Below, one piece after another: positions 9,157 to 18,286 of a stretch of DNA of 37,207 nucleotides (position 1 is the stretch's first letter; each line of letters starts with the position of its first letter). The notes beneath the pieces are model-generated. The model was given only the letters and a program-made list of their open reading frames with translations, had not been told where the DNA came from and ran no database searches. The position numbers and the translations under genes were made by a program. Location of the stretch: the IMG/VR virus record IMGVR_UViG_3300045988_138588, positions 1-37,207 of that record; one strand, 5' to 3'. Source of the stretch: a virus.

Positions 9157-10346
9157 AATATATCCTCATTCTCCTTTCTTTCTTCGTCAGTCAATTCCCG
9201 CATTGGGCGCCCTTTTAACTTTCCATCACTTGCATATATGTAATCATGGACATGTTCGCCATGCTTACCAAATGAATGAAGCTTAGGATTTCCGTGGTCA
9301 TTATTGCTGCTCTTTTCAACATATTTTGCATACCATTCCTGATAGTTCATAGATGCCGGAACCAGATATGTTTTTCCCGTCACAGGATCCCGGGCTCTTC
9401 TCTGCATCCGTCGAAAAGCTTCTTCCGATACCACCGCCACGGTTGTTGATCTGCACCAGGGATGCATCGGCGGGCAATTCTTCCCCGGCTGCGCCTCAGA
9501 GACAAGAAATACCTTTCCGTCCAGCTCCCGGCAAATCTCCGAGGTTCGGAGGTCCAGTGTCGCCAGATACCGGTATTTCTCAATGCCACACTCTTTATAG
9601 GACTGCATTTCAAGCTGATTGGAAAGGAAACAACTCTCTGTCCGGATCAGCCTCCGGGCATTGCTGGCTCCCTGGGCAAATTTCTTCGCCAGGATATCCG
9701 CAGCCTCTCTTTCCGTGCGCCCTGTGATAAGATCTACCAGCAGTTCCTCTTTGAGATCCTCTGCCAACTTCTGCGTGTTCCCCCAGATTCTGGTGGAATA
9801 GTTTCGGCCGGACCACTGGCTGTTTATGACCTTATCAAGCTGCTTCTGGTCAACATGAGCAAAAGAAAAGCCCAGGCCCACACGCTTCTGAATTTCATAG
9901 ACAGAATGATAATAAGCTTTCTCCGCTAATCCCGTGTAATGCCTGGTGCTGATTTGTTTTTCCTGCTGATAGACGTTCCGCATAATCAAGTCTATTTGTT
10001 CCTGCAAGGCCTCAAGCCGCTGGATCCTCGCCTGATATGCCGGAGCTTCGACTTCTCGAAGGAATTCTTCTCTTTCTTCCGTGCTCTCCGCCGCCTGGAG
10101 CTTTTGCAGGAGTTCCCGGATGGAAGCTTTGTTATACAGCCGCCGGATGAGCTCTTTTGCCTCTTTTTCTGTCAAGCCATGCTTCGTCATGTACTTCGTG
10201 AAAATCCCATCAATGGCCTTTTGCAGATATCTGGAGGAACTGAGATACAGCTGCGAAACCTCATCCGCAGTCTTTTCCGCGTCCTGCATGTAGCCCCACA
10301 TCTGCTGAGCGGCCCGGTCAGCACAGTATTTTTCACTCTTTGCCAT
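9153..10346 (-). CDS. Minor head protein, SPP1 gp7 / Mu F-like head morphogenesis family
   Basis: Follows the portal gene and has the characteristic ..NCPPMHPWCRSTT.. motif. Confidence 0.75.
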   Translation of the reverse strand: MAKSEKYCADRAAQQMWGYMQDAEKTADEVSQLYLSSSRYLQKAIDGIFTKYMTKHGLTEKEAKELIRRLYNKASIRELLQKLQAAESTEEREEFLREVEAPAYQARIQRLEALQEQIDLIMRNVYQQEKQISTRHYTGLAEKAYYHSVYEIQKRVGLGFSFAHVDQKQLDKVINSQWSGRNYSTRIWGNTQKLAEDLKEELLVDLITGRTEREAADILAKKFAQGASNARRLIRTESCFLSNQLEMQSYKECGIEKYRYLATLDLRTSEICRELDGKVFLVSEAQPGKNCPPMHPWCRSTTVAVVSEEAFRRMQRRARDPVTGKTYLVPASMNYQEWYAKYVEKSSNNDHGNPKLHSFGKHGEHVHDYIYASDGKLKGRPMRELTDEERKENEDIL

Positions 10347-11745
10347 TCAGATCATCCTTTGAAGTGCCGCTGTTGTCCGGCGGCGTATTCGGCTCATTGC
10401 CAAAAATCTCTTTCTGTTGTTCCAAAGCTTCCTGCTCTTCTTTTTCTACCGCCTGCAGTTCTTCATCTACATCATCAACGAAAGGTACCTGTGCAAGCAG
10501 TGTCTTCCGGCTAACTTTGCCCCAGAGATTACTTACAATTTGAGAGATTTCCAGCAGATTTTTCGGAAGCGCCCTGGTAAAGATCGGAGTGATTGTGGTC
10601 ACATCTACATGTATACCGGATCTGGTATTGAGGAAATTAGCAAAGATCCTCAGCCTTTTACGGAGGCCTTTTTTGTAATATCGAGTTTTGATCTTCGTGA
10701 TATTTTCCATACCCAACAATTTAAACTCCATTGCGACGCCAGATACATTGCCGCCAAAAGATTCATCCGTCATGCACGGAATGTGGCTGAATTTATGGAT
10801 ATCCTGCTCTATTGCCTTTTTAAGGATTTCCACGCCCGCTTCATCGTAAGTCCGGGTGATATATTCTGCTTTAGACCCGTCTCCCGGCATTTCCAAAAGT
10901 TTCTCTCTCCGAAGACGTTTCATTGCTTTTTCAGCTCCCGCACCGTCCCCGGGTTCGTTATCCTCATCACTCAGTAACGTTCCATAAATAGCCAAAATCG
11001 CATCAATAAACTGCTCTTTATCTGTTACACGGTCACTCATCAAAGCATTGTATGCATCAATGAGCGGGATCTGTAGCTGAAAATCACCGATTGCCATTTT
11101 ATTATTCAAATACTCAATTAACGGCACTTCTCCTTTGAAATGAGCCTCCGGAGGTTCAATCAGCGCCTGTGGCGTATCGATGTTCTGAATATTCAAAACA
11201 TATTTATAGTTCTGTGTCAGTACCGTGGCCACATATACGGTATTTCCCACATCCGTGTCATCTTTTCTGGCATAATAATAGACACCAAAAAGCTCGTTTT
11301 GCTCAATGGTGTCATCATAAACTATAAAAGTATTCTGAGGCGACAGATTCTTGATAAAAAGTTCCGTTTCCTCCTGGCGAGTATAAATGTATTCATAAGC
11401 TCTTCCATAAATGGATAAATCCAGACCATTATCTCCATCTGCTTCATCGCTTCCTGATGTTTCCAAGGCGTCCATCAAGGGCTTAATATCCTGATCCGAC
11501 TTATATGTTACGGGATTTCCGATGAAATAACTGCTCGCTGTATCTGTAATATCCTTTGCGTGATTACAAACCAGTTTATTTTCCCGATCCGTGTCTTTTA
11601 AAATATCATGATTTCCTTCATAGTAAGCTTTCAACTTATTCAAGTCCGGCACGCATCCCTGATGTTTCTGGATCAAATGCAGAATAGCCCGCTTATCCGG
11701 ATTTGCTTCATCCCAGCGGTCGGCCGGCATTGTAAAAATATGCAT
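10333..11745 (-). CDS. Portal protein (SPP1 Gp6-like)
   Basis: 470 aa after terL; the N-terminal ..KLKAYYEGNHDIL.. and FIGNPVTY motifs are typical of SPP1-type portals. Confidence 0.8.
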   Translation of the reverse strand: MHIFTMPADRWDEANPDKRAILHLIQKHQGCVPDLNKLKAYYEGNHDILKDTDRENKLVCNHAKDITDTASSYFIGNPVTYKSDQDIKPLMDALETSGSDEADGDNGLDLSIYGRAYEYIYTRQEETELFIKNLSPQNTFIVYDDTIEQNELFGVYYYARKDDTDVGNTVYVATVLTQNYKYVLNIQNIDTPQALIEPPEAHFKGEVPLIEYLNNKMAIGDFQLQIPLIDAYNALMSDRVTDKEQFIDAILAIYGTLLSDEDNEPGDGAGAEKAMKRLRREKLLEMPGDGSKAEYITRTYDEAGVEILKKAIEQDIHKFSHIPCMTDESFGGNVSGVAMEFKLLGMENITKIKTRYYKKGLRKRLRIFANFLNTRSGIHVDVTTITPIFTRALPKNLLEISQIVSNLWGKVSRKTLLAQVPFVDDVDEELQAVEKEEQEALEQQKEIFGNEPNTPPDNSGTSKDDLNGKE

Positions 11746-11756
11746 ATTATCACTCC

Positions 11757-13142
11757 TTACTGAAAACCGGCTTTTGCCTTGTTTCCAATCCGTGCTGTCT
11801 GGTTATTAAGTATCGTATAGCAAAAATATCTTACAGCATCCATCGCGTGATCGAACTGCTTCACAGGTTTATCTTCGCCATGCTCTGCTGCTTTTGCATC
11901 CCAGATATAAGATGCAAATTCTTTTATGGTATTTACACAGCCTTCCTCAAATACAATTTTGCCAAGATTAAGCAGTGTAGAAACCAAACGAATGCCATCT
12001 ACTACGTCATTTTTGGCTTTTATGACTTTATATCCCCGTTTCCGGAGTTCTGCAATAAAAGAAGCGGCAGCAGGATCCACAATTATGCCTCTGATTCTTG
12101 TCCCATTCAGCCACTTTTTCAGATCATCGGCGTACTGGCTGTCCGTTTTCTGCTCACCTTTTTCCCGGCCAGAGTAATAATACTCCCTGATACAGTACCA
12201 GATACCGTCCTTACCCTTTTCCCATAGTAGGAACACTGTTGCATTTTGAGTACCATAGTCACAACTTACATACCTATTGCAGCCGATCAGCTGTCCAGCG
12301 AAATCTTTCATTTTTCGCACATGGCGATTTTCTGAAAACATGTCATAGATGATTCCTTCGGCTACGCACCACAGACCCTCAATATAGCGTTTAAAAAATA
12401 CCCCTCGGTACAGGCTGCAGTATCTTTCTTTCACCTTCGGAGACAGGCTCAAGTTGTCGTCCATTGTGAAATGCAGATACAGGATTTTCTTCAATCCTGA
12501 CGGCTTATGCTCTTCCGCTGCCTGTTTTTCAATCTCGGCAGTTTTCTTTTTCCCAAGGTAGCCAACAGACTTATTGATCCAATCCAGCTTAAACCAATGG
12601 TAGGGGCCGTCCGGATTGCAATTCCACCAGAACTTTGAACCCTCGACGGAACAACGGCCGGTCGCCTGGTTCACGAAGGACTCCGGCATCAACGCAACTT
12701 CATCGAAGAATACGCCGGCTAAGGTAATACCCTGGATCAGATCCTGTGAACGCTCATCCTTACCGCCGAAAATGTAGAAGTAGTTCTCCGTATCTCCGCG
12801 GGAAATCACTACAAGGTTATCCGCCCGATGATCTGTCACAGCGTAACCACGGGATTTCAGCATCAGTTTAAGCCAGAACAAAACATTACGCCGGAAAGAA
12901 CCGATGGTCTTGCCACACATAGCGAAGTTTTGACCCGAGAAGCTGCTCATCGCCCACAGGACAAAGGACAGTGACATGCTGACTGTTTTCCCAGATCGGA
13001 TCGCACCGTCAGCGATGATTCCGTCATAATCCCGTACTGGCGAGCCTTCGCACCACCAATTTAAGACCTGTCTCTGCTTCTTCGAAAAGGGCTGGAAATG
13101 AAAATACTCTTTAGTCTTCCTCATCAGCCCAGTCCTCCGCAA
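11757..13142 (-). CDS. terL: Terminase large subunit (PBSX-type)
   Basis: Walker A ADGAIRSGKT, a C-terminal nuclease-like region, and overlap with terS. Confidence 0.9.
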   Translation of the reverse strand: MRRTGLMRKTKEYFHFQPFSKKQRQVLNWWCEGSPVRDYDGIIADGAIRSGKTVSMSLSFVLWAMSSFSGQNFAMCGKTIGSFRRNVLFWLKLMLKSRGYAVTDHRADNLVVISRGDTENYFYIFGGKDERSQDLIQGITLAGVFFDEVALMPESFVNQATGRCSVEGSKFWWNCNPDGPYHWFKLDWINKSVGYLGKKKTAEIEKQAAEEHKPSGLKKILYLHFTMDDNLSLSPKVKERYCSLYRGVFFKRYIEGLWCVAEGIIYDMFSENRHVRKMKDFAGQLIGCNRYVSCDYGTQNATVFLLWEKGKDGIWYCIREYYYSGREKGEQKTDSQYADDLKKWLNGTRIRGIIVDPAAASFIAELRKRGYKVIKAKNDVVDGIRLVSTLLNLGKIVFEEGCVNTIKEFASYIWDAKAAEHGEDKPVKQFDHAMDAVRYFCYTILNNQTARIGNKAKAGFQ

Positions 13143-14019
13143 CAGTTCCCTTGAGAGCTTCTAGGAAGCCGTCATCAGCTGTTATTTCTTCATCATCCGT
13201 TTGTGTCTTCGCTTTGATTGCCGCCGTCTGTGCCTTGATCTGCTCAACCTTGGCTTTCTGTTCTTCTGTTGCCATATCCATATGACGGGCCAGCCATTCC
13301 AGAGCTTTCATACGATCAGCCAGTTTGATTGATGCTCCATTCTTGCCGTTCTTGACCTCAGCAATCAGTGTTCCATCAACCTGTCCGGATTCCTTGAAAC
13401 GGATAACATTGACTTTCTGCTTCAGGGGAACTTTTTTACCGGTGGCAGGATCCTCAACCTGAACCGGGCCGAACGAACCAATGACATTTTCTTCTTCCTG
13501 GCCGAACTCCACAAAGTCCGTGATATCAGCAAAGGCAATATCCATGTATTTCTGGAAGATATCATGTTCATCCAGAAGTTCACGGTTCAGCCGGGACTGC
13601 TTTAGGCGAAGAATTTCTGCTTTTACGGAAACACTTCGCAACAGTTCAAAGCCATGTGCTTTTGCTGTGAAATAATCACATTCATACGCTTTTTGGTATG
13701 CCTTTGTAGCATTGAAACAACGACTGTAATAAATACAAAAAAGCCGCTGTTTATCGGTTAAATCAGGATTCTTCATAACCTGTTCAACGTCTCTTTCAGC
13801 CGCCTTTTTTTCTTCCATCTTTTTATTTTTGGAACGCTCCATACTTTTTTGGAACGTTCCATTCAGCTTTTTATCCCAGGAGTCCTTAGACTTCCATCCT
13901 CTGACTGTCCCAGGCGAAATATTCAGCCGACTTGCAATCTCAGCCAAATCTATCTTTCCATCATGCTCTTTGTAAATCTCAAAAGCCTTATTTCGGTTGG
14001 GGTCTCTTGCTCTTCCCAA
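13111..14019 (-). CDS. terS: Terminase small subunit
   Basis: TTG start behind GAGGTGG; N-terminal HTH (ISPGTVRGWKSKDSW); ..LTDKQRLFCIYY..NATKAYQKAY.. is Terminase_2-like. Confidence 0.8.
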   Translation of the reverse strand: MGRARDPNRNKAFEIYKEHDGKIDLAEIASRLNISPGTVRGWKSKDSWDKKLNGTFQKSMERSKNKKMEEKKAAERDVEQVMKNPDLTDKQRLFCIYYSRCFNATKAYQKAYECDYFTAKAHGFELLRSVSVKAEILRLKQSRLNRELLDEHDIFQKYMDIAFADITDFVEFGQEEENVIGSFGPVQVEDPATGKKVPLKQKVNVIRFKESGQVDGTLIAEVKNGKNGASIKLADRMKALEWLARHMDMATEEQKAKVEQIKAQTAAIKAKTQTDDEEITADDGFLEALKGTVAEDWADEED

Positions 14020-14062
14020 GTATCACCACCTCTCAATCGTTTTATTTTTGCCCACAGAAAAA

Positions 14063-14080
14063 GCAGCCCTGAAGGACTGC
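14063..14080 (-). terminator. Intrinsic terminator after the 119-aa moron gene
   Basis: The minus strand reads GCAGTCC-TTCA-GGGCTGC followed by TTTTTC. Confidence 0.65.
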
Positions 14081-14119
14081 TTTTTTATATTATAGACCGG
14101 TTATATAAGGTTCATCGGA

Positions 14120-14479
14120 TTAAAAAAAATGATTTAATTCATACTTCGTCCAAAAAGCTACATACCAATCTATCTGTTTCTCAATCTCATTCAAGTCTTC
14201 TTCTGAAAAATTCATTTTTGAAAAATTTTCTTCAAATTCTTCCATCGAATGAACCTTGGCGTGTGTTTCTTCTGCGACGCAGCTTACATGTTTGAATGTT
14301 ACCACAGCTTGCTGTTCAGTTAACTCTATGTTTCTTCCGGTCATGTACATTTCGTATGCTTCTTTCACACGAAGGTTGTTCTCACATTTTCCGCATATCC
14401 CTGTTCCAAAAGCATAATATTCTCCACGAACATAGTAAAGAAACGGATTTTTTTTGTTCAATTCATCTGTTAATTTCAT
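14120..14479 (-). CDS. Hypothetical 119-aa protein (moron between two terminators)
   Basis: ATG at 14479 behind GGAGGAAGG. AT-rich. Contains a CGKC motif and an acidic C-terminal half. Confidence 0.65.
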   Translation of the reverse strand: MKLTDELNKKNPFLYYVRGEYYAFGTGICGKCENNLRVKEAYEMYMTGRNIELTEQQAVVTFKHVSCVAEETHAKVHSMEEFEENFSKMNFSEEDLNEIEKQIDWYVAFWTKYELNHFF

Positions 14480-14525
14480 ACCTTTTCCTTCCTCCGATAC
14501 ACATTTTTCTTTTATCATACTACAA

Positions 14526-14551
14526 AACGCCCTGCATTTCTACAGGGCGTT
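14526..14551 (-). terminator. Strong intrinsic terminator downstream of the tRNA region
   Basis: AACGCCCTG-N8-CAGGGCGTT 9-bp stem followed by TTTTGT on the minus strand. Confidence 0.75.
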
Positions 14552-14598
14552 TCAAAAGTGTATGGGAGTAGTGTGATTTTCTCTCCGTCAAGGAGAAC

Positions 14599-14723
14599 TC
14601 AGAACGCCCGGATTCGAACCGGCGGCTCACTTTACAGCGGCTCATGTTCCCTCCCGCTTGGGGAAACGTTCCGATGTGATGACGCTTGAGGATCGCTCCC
14701 ACGGCGGCCATCGTGCCGTTCTG
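14599..14723 (-). ncRNA. Aberrant tRNA-like element (canonical T-arm and acceptor 3' strand, no foldable anticodon arm)
   Basis: GCCGG-TTCGAAT-CCGGG T-arm, then CGTTCTG+A. Complementary 5' strands lie 125 nt (CAGAACG, perfect) and 75 nt (CGGAACG, one GU) upstream. I could not build a 5-bp/7-nt anticodon arm in either version. Confidence 0.35.
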
Positions 14724-14798
14724 CCAATTACCTTTACGAAAGGAAAGAAAGATGAAAACTTTTAGGAGTCCAGCAAAGCCGCTCCCTTGCCTTGCTGA

Positions 14799-14871
14799 TC
14801 GGGACAGGAGGACTCGAACCCCCGACTCGCTGGATGTAAGCCAGCTGCTCTACCAGCTGAGCTATGTTCCG
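14799..14871 (-). tRNA. tRNA-Val (anticodon UAC)
   Basis: Hand-folded 73-nt cloverleaf: D arm GCTC-AGCTGGTA-GAGC, anticodon arm GCTGG-CTTACAT-CCAGC, T arm GGGGG-TTCGAGT-CCTCC. One A:C mismatch in the acceptor stem; no encoded CCA. Confidence 0.8.
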
Positions 14872-15020
14872 AAGTCCACCAGGCCGCGCACTTGGCCTGA
14901 TGGATATTTAGTTTTTGAAGAATCACGGTTCATGGCAATCCGCAATCAAAGCCGCCGCCCCGGTGGGCCTTTGGCTTCCATTTTATTGTATAACGATATT
15001 TCCGATATATGCGATATATT

Positions 15021-15437
15021 TTAAAAGATTTCATTCTCTTTCAAGAATTTATCTCTTATGTACATCCGGATATAGTCTCCGCTCCGGATACGCCCCAGCT
15101 TAATTGATATAGTTTCAAACCCCAGTCTCTCCGTGTAGTACATTTTAAAGACCATCCTTGTCTCCACATCCTCTATAGAGTTAATCCACCGCTCCACGAC
15201 CCGGGCCTTCTCCCTCTTGTTCTGGAGGATCAGTTTTCTTCTCTCGTACCGTTCCTGATCGAACCCTACCACTGTCTCCGGCTTCTTTGATCCGTTCTTC
15301 CCATTCAGGATCACAGAGTTTCCAAAGCCTTTTTCCATAGTCCACATTTCATGCAATTCCTGCTCCAGAAGAGGAATTTCTATTTTCGTCTTCCGGTACT
15401 CATCCAGGAGTTTTTTTGTAATTTTTATCTTTCCCAT
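15021..15437 (-). CDS. Putative late-gene transcriptional regulator (sigma-70 region 4-like / DUF1492 / ArpU-like)
   Basis: ..VERWINSIEDVETRMVFKMYYTERLGFETISIKLG.. resembles phage late activators. It is the last early gene before the tRNAs and terS. Confidence 0.5.
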   Translation of the reverse strand: MGKIKITKKLLDEYRKTKIEIPLLEQELHEMWTMEKGFGNSVILNGKNGSKKPETVVGFDQERYERRKLILQNKREKARVVERWINSIEDVETRMVFKMYYTERLGFETISIKLGRIRSGDYIRMYIRDKFLKENEIF

Positions 15438-15759
15438 CGGCCTCACCTTCCTTTCCTTCTACCCAATGTTTTATGCGCGCCAGAATTTCCCTCTTGGCAG
15501 CCTCATATCCTGCTTGATAACCACGGTCATACTCATCACTTTTCACTGTTCCATTTTCAAACAATGTATCAATCGGAACATTCAACGCAGCGCTAATTTT
15601 AGCCAACATTTTTGAACTGGGATTCATTCTATTATTTTCATATGCACTAATCAGTTGCTGGTTACTTCCGATAATATCGCCGAGTTTTTCCTGTGTCATT
15701 CCCGCCGCTTCTCTTATTCTTTTTATATTTTTTCCGATGCTGTTTTCATCCCTACTCAT
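15400..15759 (-). CDS. XRE-family HTH regulator
   Basis: IGKNIKRIREAAGMTQEKLGDIIGSNQQLISAYENNRMNPS is a classic HTH_3 motif; ATG at 15759. Confidence 0.75.
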   Translation of the reverse strand: MSRDENSIGKNIKRIREAAGMTQEKLGDIIGSNQQLISAYENNRMNPSSKMLAKISAALNVPIDTLFENGTVKSDEYDRGYQAGYEAAKREILARIKHWVEGKEGEADGKDKNYKKTPG

Positions 15760-16063
15760 ACACTTTCCACCCTTTCTTAACCTGTCTATGTAGTCGTCTT
15801 CCAATTACTGCCTCATACCCCGGGCATCTGCCGTGGTATTCTACGCCAGTGATCATTTCTTTTGCCACCATGATCGCCGGCGATACCGAATATCCGAATT
15901 CCGTTTCGAAATGGATACAGTGCGGATATATTGCTACGACGGTAGCTTTTACCTTTTTCTTCTGATATGCGAATTCTTTCGAAAACTCTTTGTATCGTGG
16001 CAGATTCAATATTACCTTGTCACCAGGTCTTAATCCCAGTACACTTCTTTTTTTCTCGTTCAT
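15752..16063 (-). CDS. Hypothetical protein (103 aa)
   Basis: ATG at 16063 behind GGGAAGGAGAACAA. Confidence 0.6.
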   Translation of the reverse strand: MNEKKRSVLGLRPGDKVILNLPRYKEFSKEFAYQKKKVKATVVAIYPHCIHFETEFGYSVSPAIMVAKEMITGVEYHGRCPGYEAVIGRRLHRQVKKGWKVYE

Positions 16064-16148
16064 TTGTTCTCCTTCCCAGTTACTTCCTCCAGGGTGGTAA
16101 TCATCCTGGAGGAACGTTTGTTGCATGACTCTCAAGCTCTTTGTCTTT

Positions 16149-16685
16149 TCATTCCCATTTTGTTTCCCGCAATATCTTCCACAATTTCTCTACTTCCGGA
16201 GATCTCCATGCGCACATGCAGTATGTATGCGCGTCTTCTGAATAATGATAATGGTTTCTCTCCAGGTGTTCCCGGGCCTCTTTCTCTGTAAGAAACATCG
16301 TGCCCGGGTACATAAATGGTCTGACCGAAACGCCAACTATCGCCACATCGTCATATCCATTGTTGGTAAGAAATTCATTCACTTCCTGCGTTGACAAATC
16401 CTCATACTCTTCTTCTTCGTCTTCCGTGTACGTCAGTTTGAAATCCCATGTATACCCAGTTTCGATTCTACAGTTTTCTCTATCGATATTGCAGTCTGAC
16501 AGGATGTTATCATTGAGATACTTCACCGTTTCTTCTGTTGTGCTTGTGATTGTGCTTCCATCTACTTGCAAGCACAGCTCGTCCGGATCCTCATTATCGA
16601 TCACTCTCTCACTACCTTTGATAATCCAGAAGCGAGGATCCGCTGTACCCATAGTACGATCCTTCGTGCAAGTTATACCATCCAT
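16149..16685 (-). CDS. Hypothetical strongly acidic protein (178 aa)
   Basis: By my count about 40 D/E against about 18 K/R, with the run EDEEEEYED. The start could also be 16652. Confidence 0.6.
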   Translation of the reverse strand: MDGITCTKDRTMGTADPRFWIIKGSERVIDNEDPDELCLQVDGSTITSTTEETVKYLNDNILSDCNIDRENCRIETGYTWDFKLTYTEDEEEEYEDLSTQEVNEFLTNNGYDDVAIVGVSVRPFMYPGTMFLTEKEAREHLERNHYHYSEDAHTYCMCAWRSPEVEKLWKILRETKWE

Positions 16686-16709
16686 GTCCGATCGGACTCC
16701 CGAATACAG

Positions 16710-16942
16710 TTATTCGACAGGTTCCAATTTCATTTGTTTATCTGTTTCATAGTTCATCCAAACTACTTCCTGCCGCGCTTTCCCCATCTGTGTGTGACTC
16801 AGAAACGTTCTTTTCTCCCATCCCTGCAAATAGTCATTATACATATCCGATTCATACCCCGAGATCATGATTTTTGCCCTGCTGCTCAACAATTCTTTTA
16901 ACAGTTCTTCGTGATCTGCTGATTATTCAATACTGTTTTCAT
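16710..16942 (-). pseudogene. Remnant of a D12-class DNA adenine methyltransferase (Dam)
   Basis: Strong RBS and ATG at 16942 give only MKTVLNNQQITKNC-stop. A different frame encodes the Dam C-terminus DHEELLKELLSSRAKIMISGYESDMYNDYL..RQEVVWMNYE. The roughly 180-aa catalytic core is absent. Confidence 0.65.
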
Positions 16943-16969
16943 CTTCCTTCCTCCTCCCGGTCCGCTACA

Positions 16970-17893
16970 TCACACCTGCAGCAGGTCCTTCTCCAGCTTT
17001 TCGAAGTCATACTCACGCTGGTCAAAATTATTAAAGCGGTTCTGGGCTGCCTTGTTCTGTTTACTGCCCACACGGGGAGCTCTGTCCTGCTCCCTTGCTA
17101 TCCAGCCCGTAATAAACCTTTTCATCCCTTTCGGGGTCTTGCGGTTCTTTGGGTTGGAATCCAACCATCCCCACATATTGCGGAGTTCCTGTTCCACATC
17201 AACTGCGGGATACAATTCCTTCAGCTTCTGGACATAATCCTTAGTCACCAGATAATCAGTCCCGTCGTTCATGGGAAGTTTTATAAACACATCCGCCTGA
17301 GCCGGCCCTATCTCCACCTTCAGCTCAGCCTGTGAACAGGATGGCCCTATCTCCACCTTCGTCCTGCTCTCCGCAGCTGGCCCTGTCTCCACCTTCGGCT
17401 GCGGCTGTCCGGAGTTCATCTCCGGGCAGATGTATTTATTATCTTTCTCTTTATCTATCTCTATCTCTTTCTCTATCTCTACGTCACCTATGTGTAACCG
17501 TTCTGTCACATCAGTGTCACATTGTGACGTTTTTTTATCTCTAAGCCTCCTCATCCTCTCAGCACCTGTACCCTCCGAACCAGTCATTTTTGAACATTCC
17601 GTCAATGAATATTCCGTTTCATCAACCAGCTGCATAAGATTCTGTTGGATCAAAAACATCACCGTTACCCGCACATTTTCAGCTTCTTCATCCAGATCAA
17701 GAGCCAGCTCTTCATAGAACGTATCCTCAACACCTTCAAAGTAAAGCTTCCCATCCTGTTTCATTGCCGCAAGAAGCATTTTCAGATAGATAATAGTGTA
17801 GGTATCACCTCCAGCAATTTTTCTAAGCTTTTTGATAGCTTTCTGGCGAAAAAATCCGTCAGGGAGCTTCAACCAGTAATATCTTTTCGCCAT
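16970..17893 (-). CDS. Phage replisome organizer (N-terminal rep_org domain, DnaD-like C-terminal part)
   Basis: MAKRYYWLKLPDGFFRQKAIKKLRKIAGGDTYTIIYLKMLL.. is typical of the phage replisome organizer N-terminal domain. Confidence 0.7.
   Translation of the reverse strand: MAKRYYWLKLPDGFFRQKAIKKLRKIAGGDTYTIIYLKMLLAAMKQDGKLYFEGVEDTFYEELALDLDEEAENVRVTVMFLIQQNLMQLVDETEYSLTECSKMTGSEGTGAERMRRLRDKKTSQCDTDVTERLHIGDVEIEKEIEIDKEKDNKYICPEMNSGQPQPKVETGPAAESRTKVEIGPSCSQAELKVEIGPAQADVFIKLPMNDGTDYLVTKDYVQKLKELYPAVDVEQELRNMWGWLDSNPKNRKTPKGMKRFITGWIAREQDRAPRVGSKQNKAAQNRFNNFDQREYDFEKLEKDLLQV
17304..17396. repeat. Three 18-bp iterons GGCCCT(A/G)TCTCCACCTTC inside the replisome organizer gene (candidate ori)
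   Basis: Copies at 17304-17321, 17343-17360 and 17379-17396, followed by an AT/pyrimidine-rich tract at 17431-17482 and the GTCACA-T-TGTGAC palindrome at 17514-17526. Confidence 0.7.
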
Positions 17894-18231
17894 AACCTTT
17901 CCTCTTCACTCATAGCCTCTTTCTTCCACATCTCATATGTAGTCTCCATCGCGCCGATCTTCTTATCCAGTTCCTTCAGCCGGGATTTCTCTTTCGCCAT
18001 ATATTCATGGAAATAATACTCATCCACCACATTCCCGGGAATCGGCCGGAAATAACCTTCACCGGCGTTGATGATGCAGTCCCCATTCCGGTTTGCTTTT
18101 TCAACCAGTTCCCGGAGAGTCCTGTCTATTGTTGAATTACTCTTGTCGATCACATCCGGCCGCCCTACTGCACTTCCGGCTCCGCTTGTGATCCTGTCAA
18201 AAATGGCCTGTGCCATGTCTGCTGCTGTCAT
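17869..18231 (-). CDS. Hypothetical protein (120 aa)
   Basis: Intact ORF in the replication module that overlaps the next gene start. Confidence 0.6.
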   Translation of the reverse strand: MTAADMAQAIFDRITSGAGSAVGRPDVIDKSNSTIDRTLRELVEKANRNGDCIINAGEGYFRPIPGNVVDEYYFHEYMAKEKSRLKELDKKIGAMETTYEMWKKEAMSEEERLWRKDITG

Positions 18232-18286
18232 GCTGTCACTCCTTCCCGCCCCCCGGCCAGTTTGAGGGGCTTTGGTGTGTGATATA

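Noticed and set aside
14520-14711. 63-aa minus-strand ORF over the tRNA-like element
   Set aside because: It overlaps the T-arm/acceptor structure and the terminator, and has no RBS.
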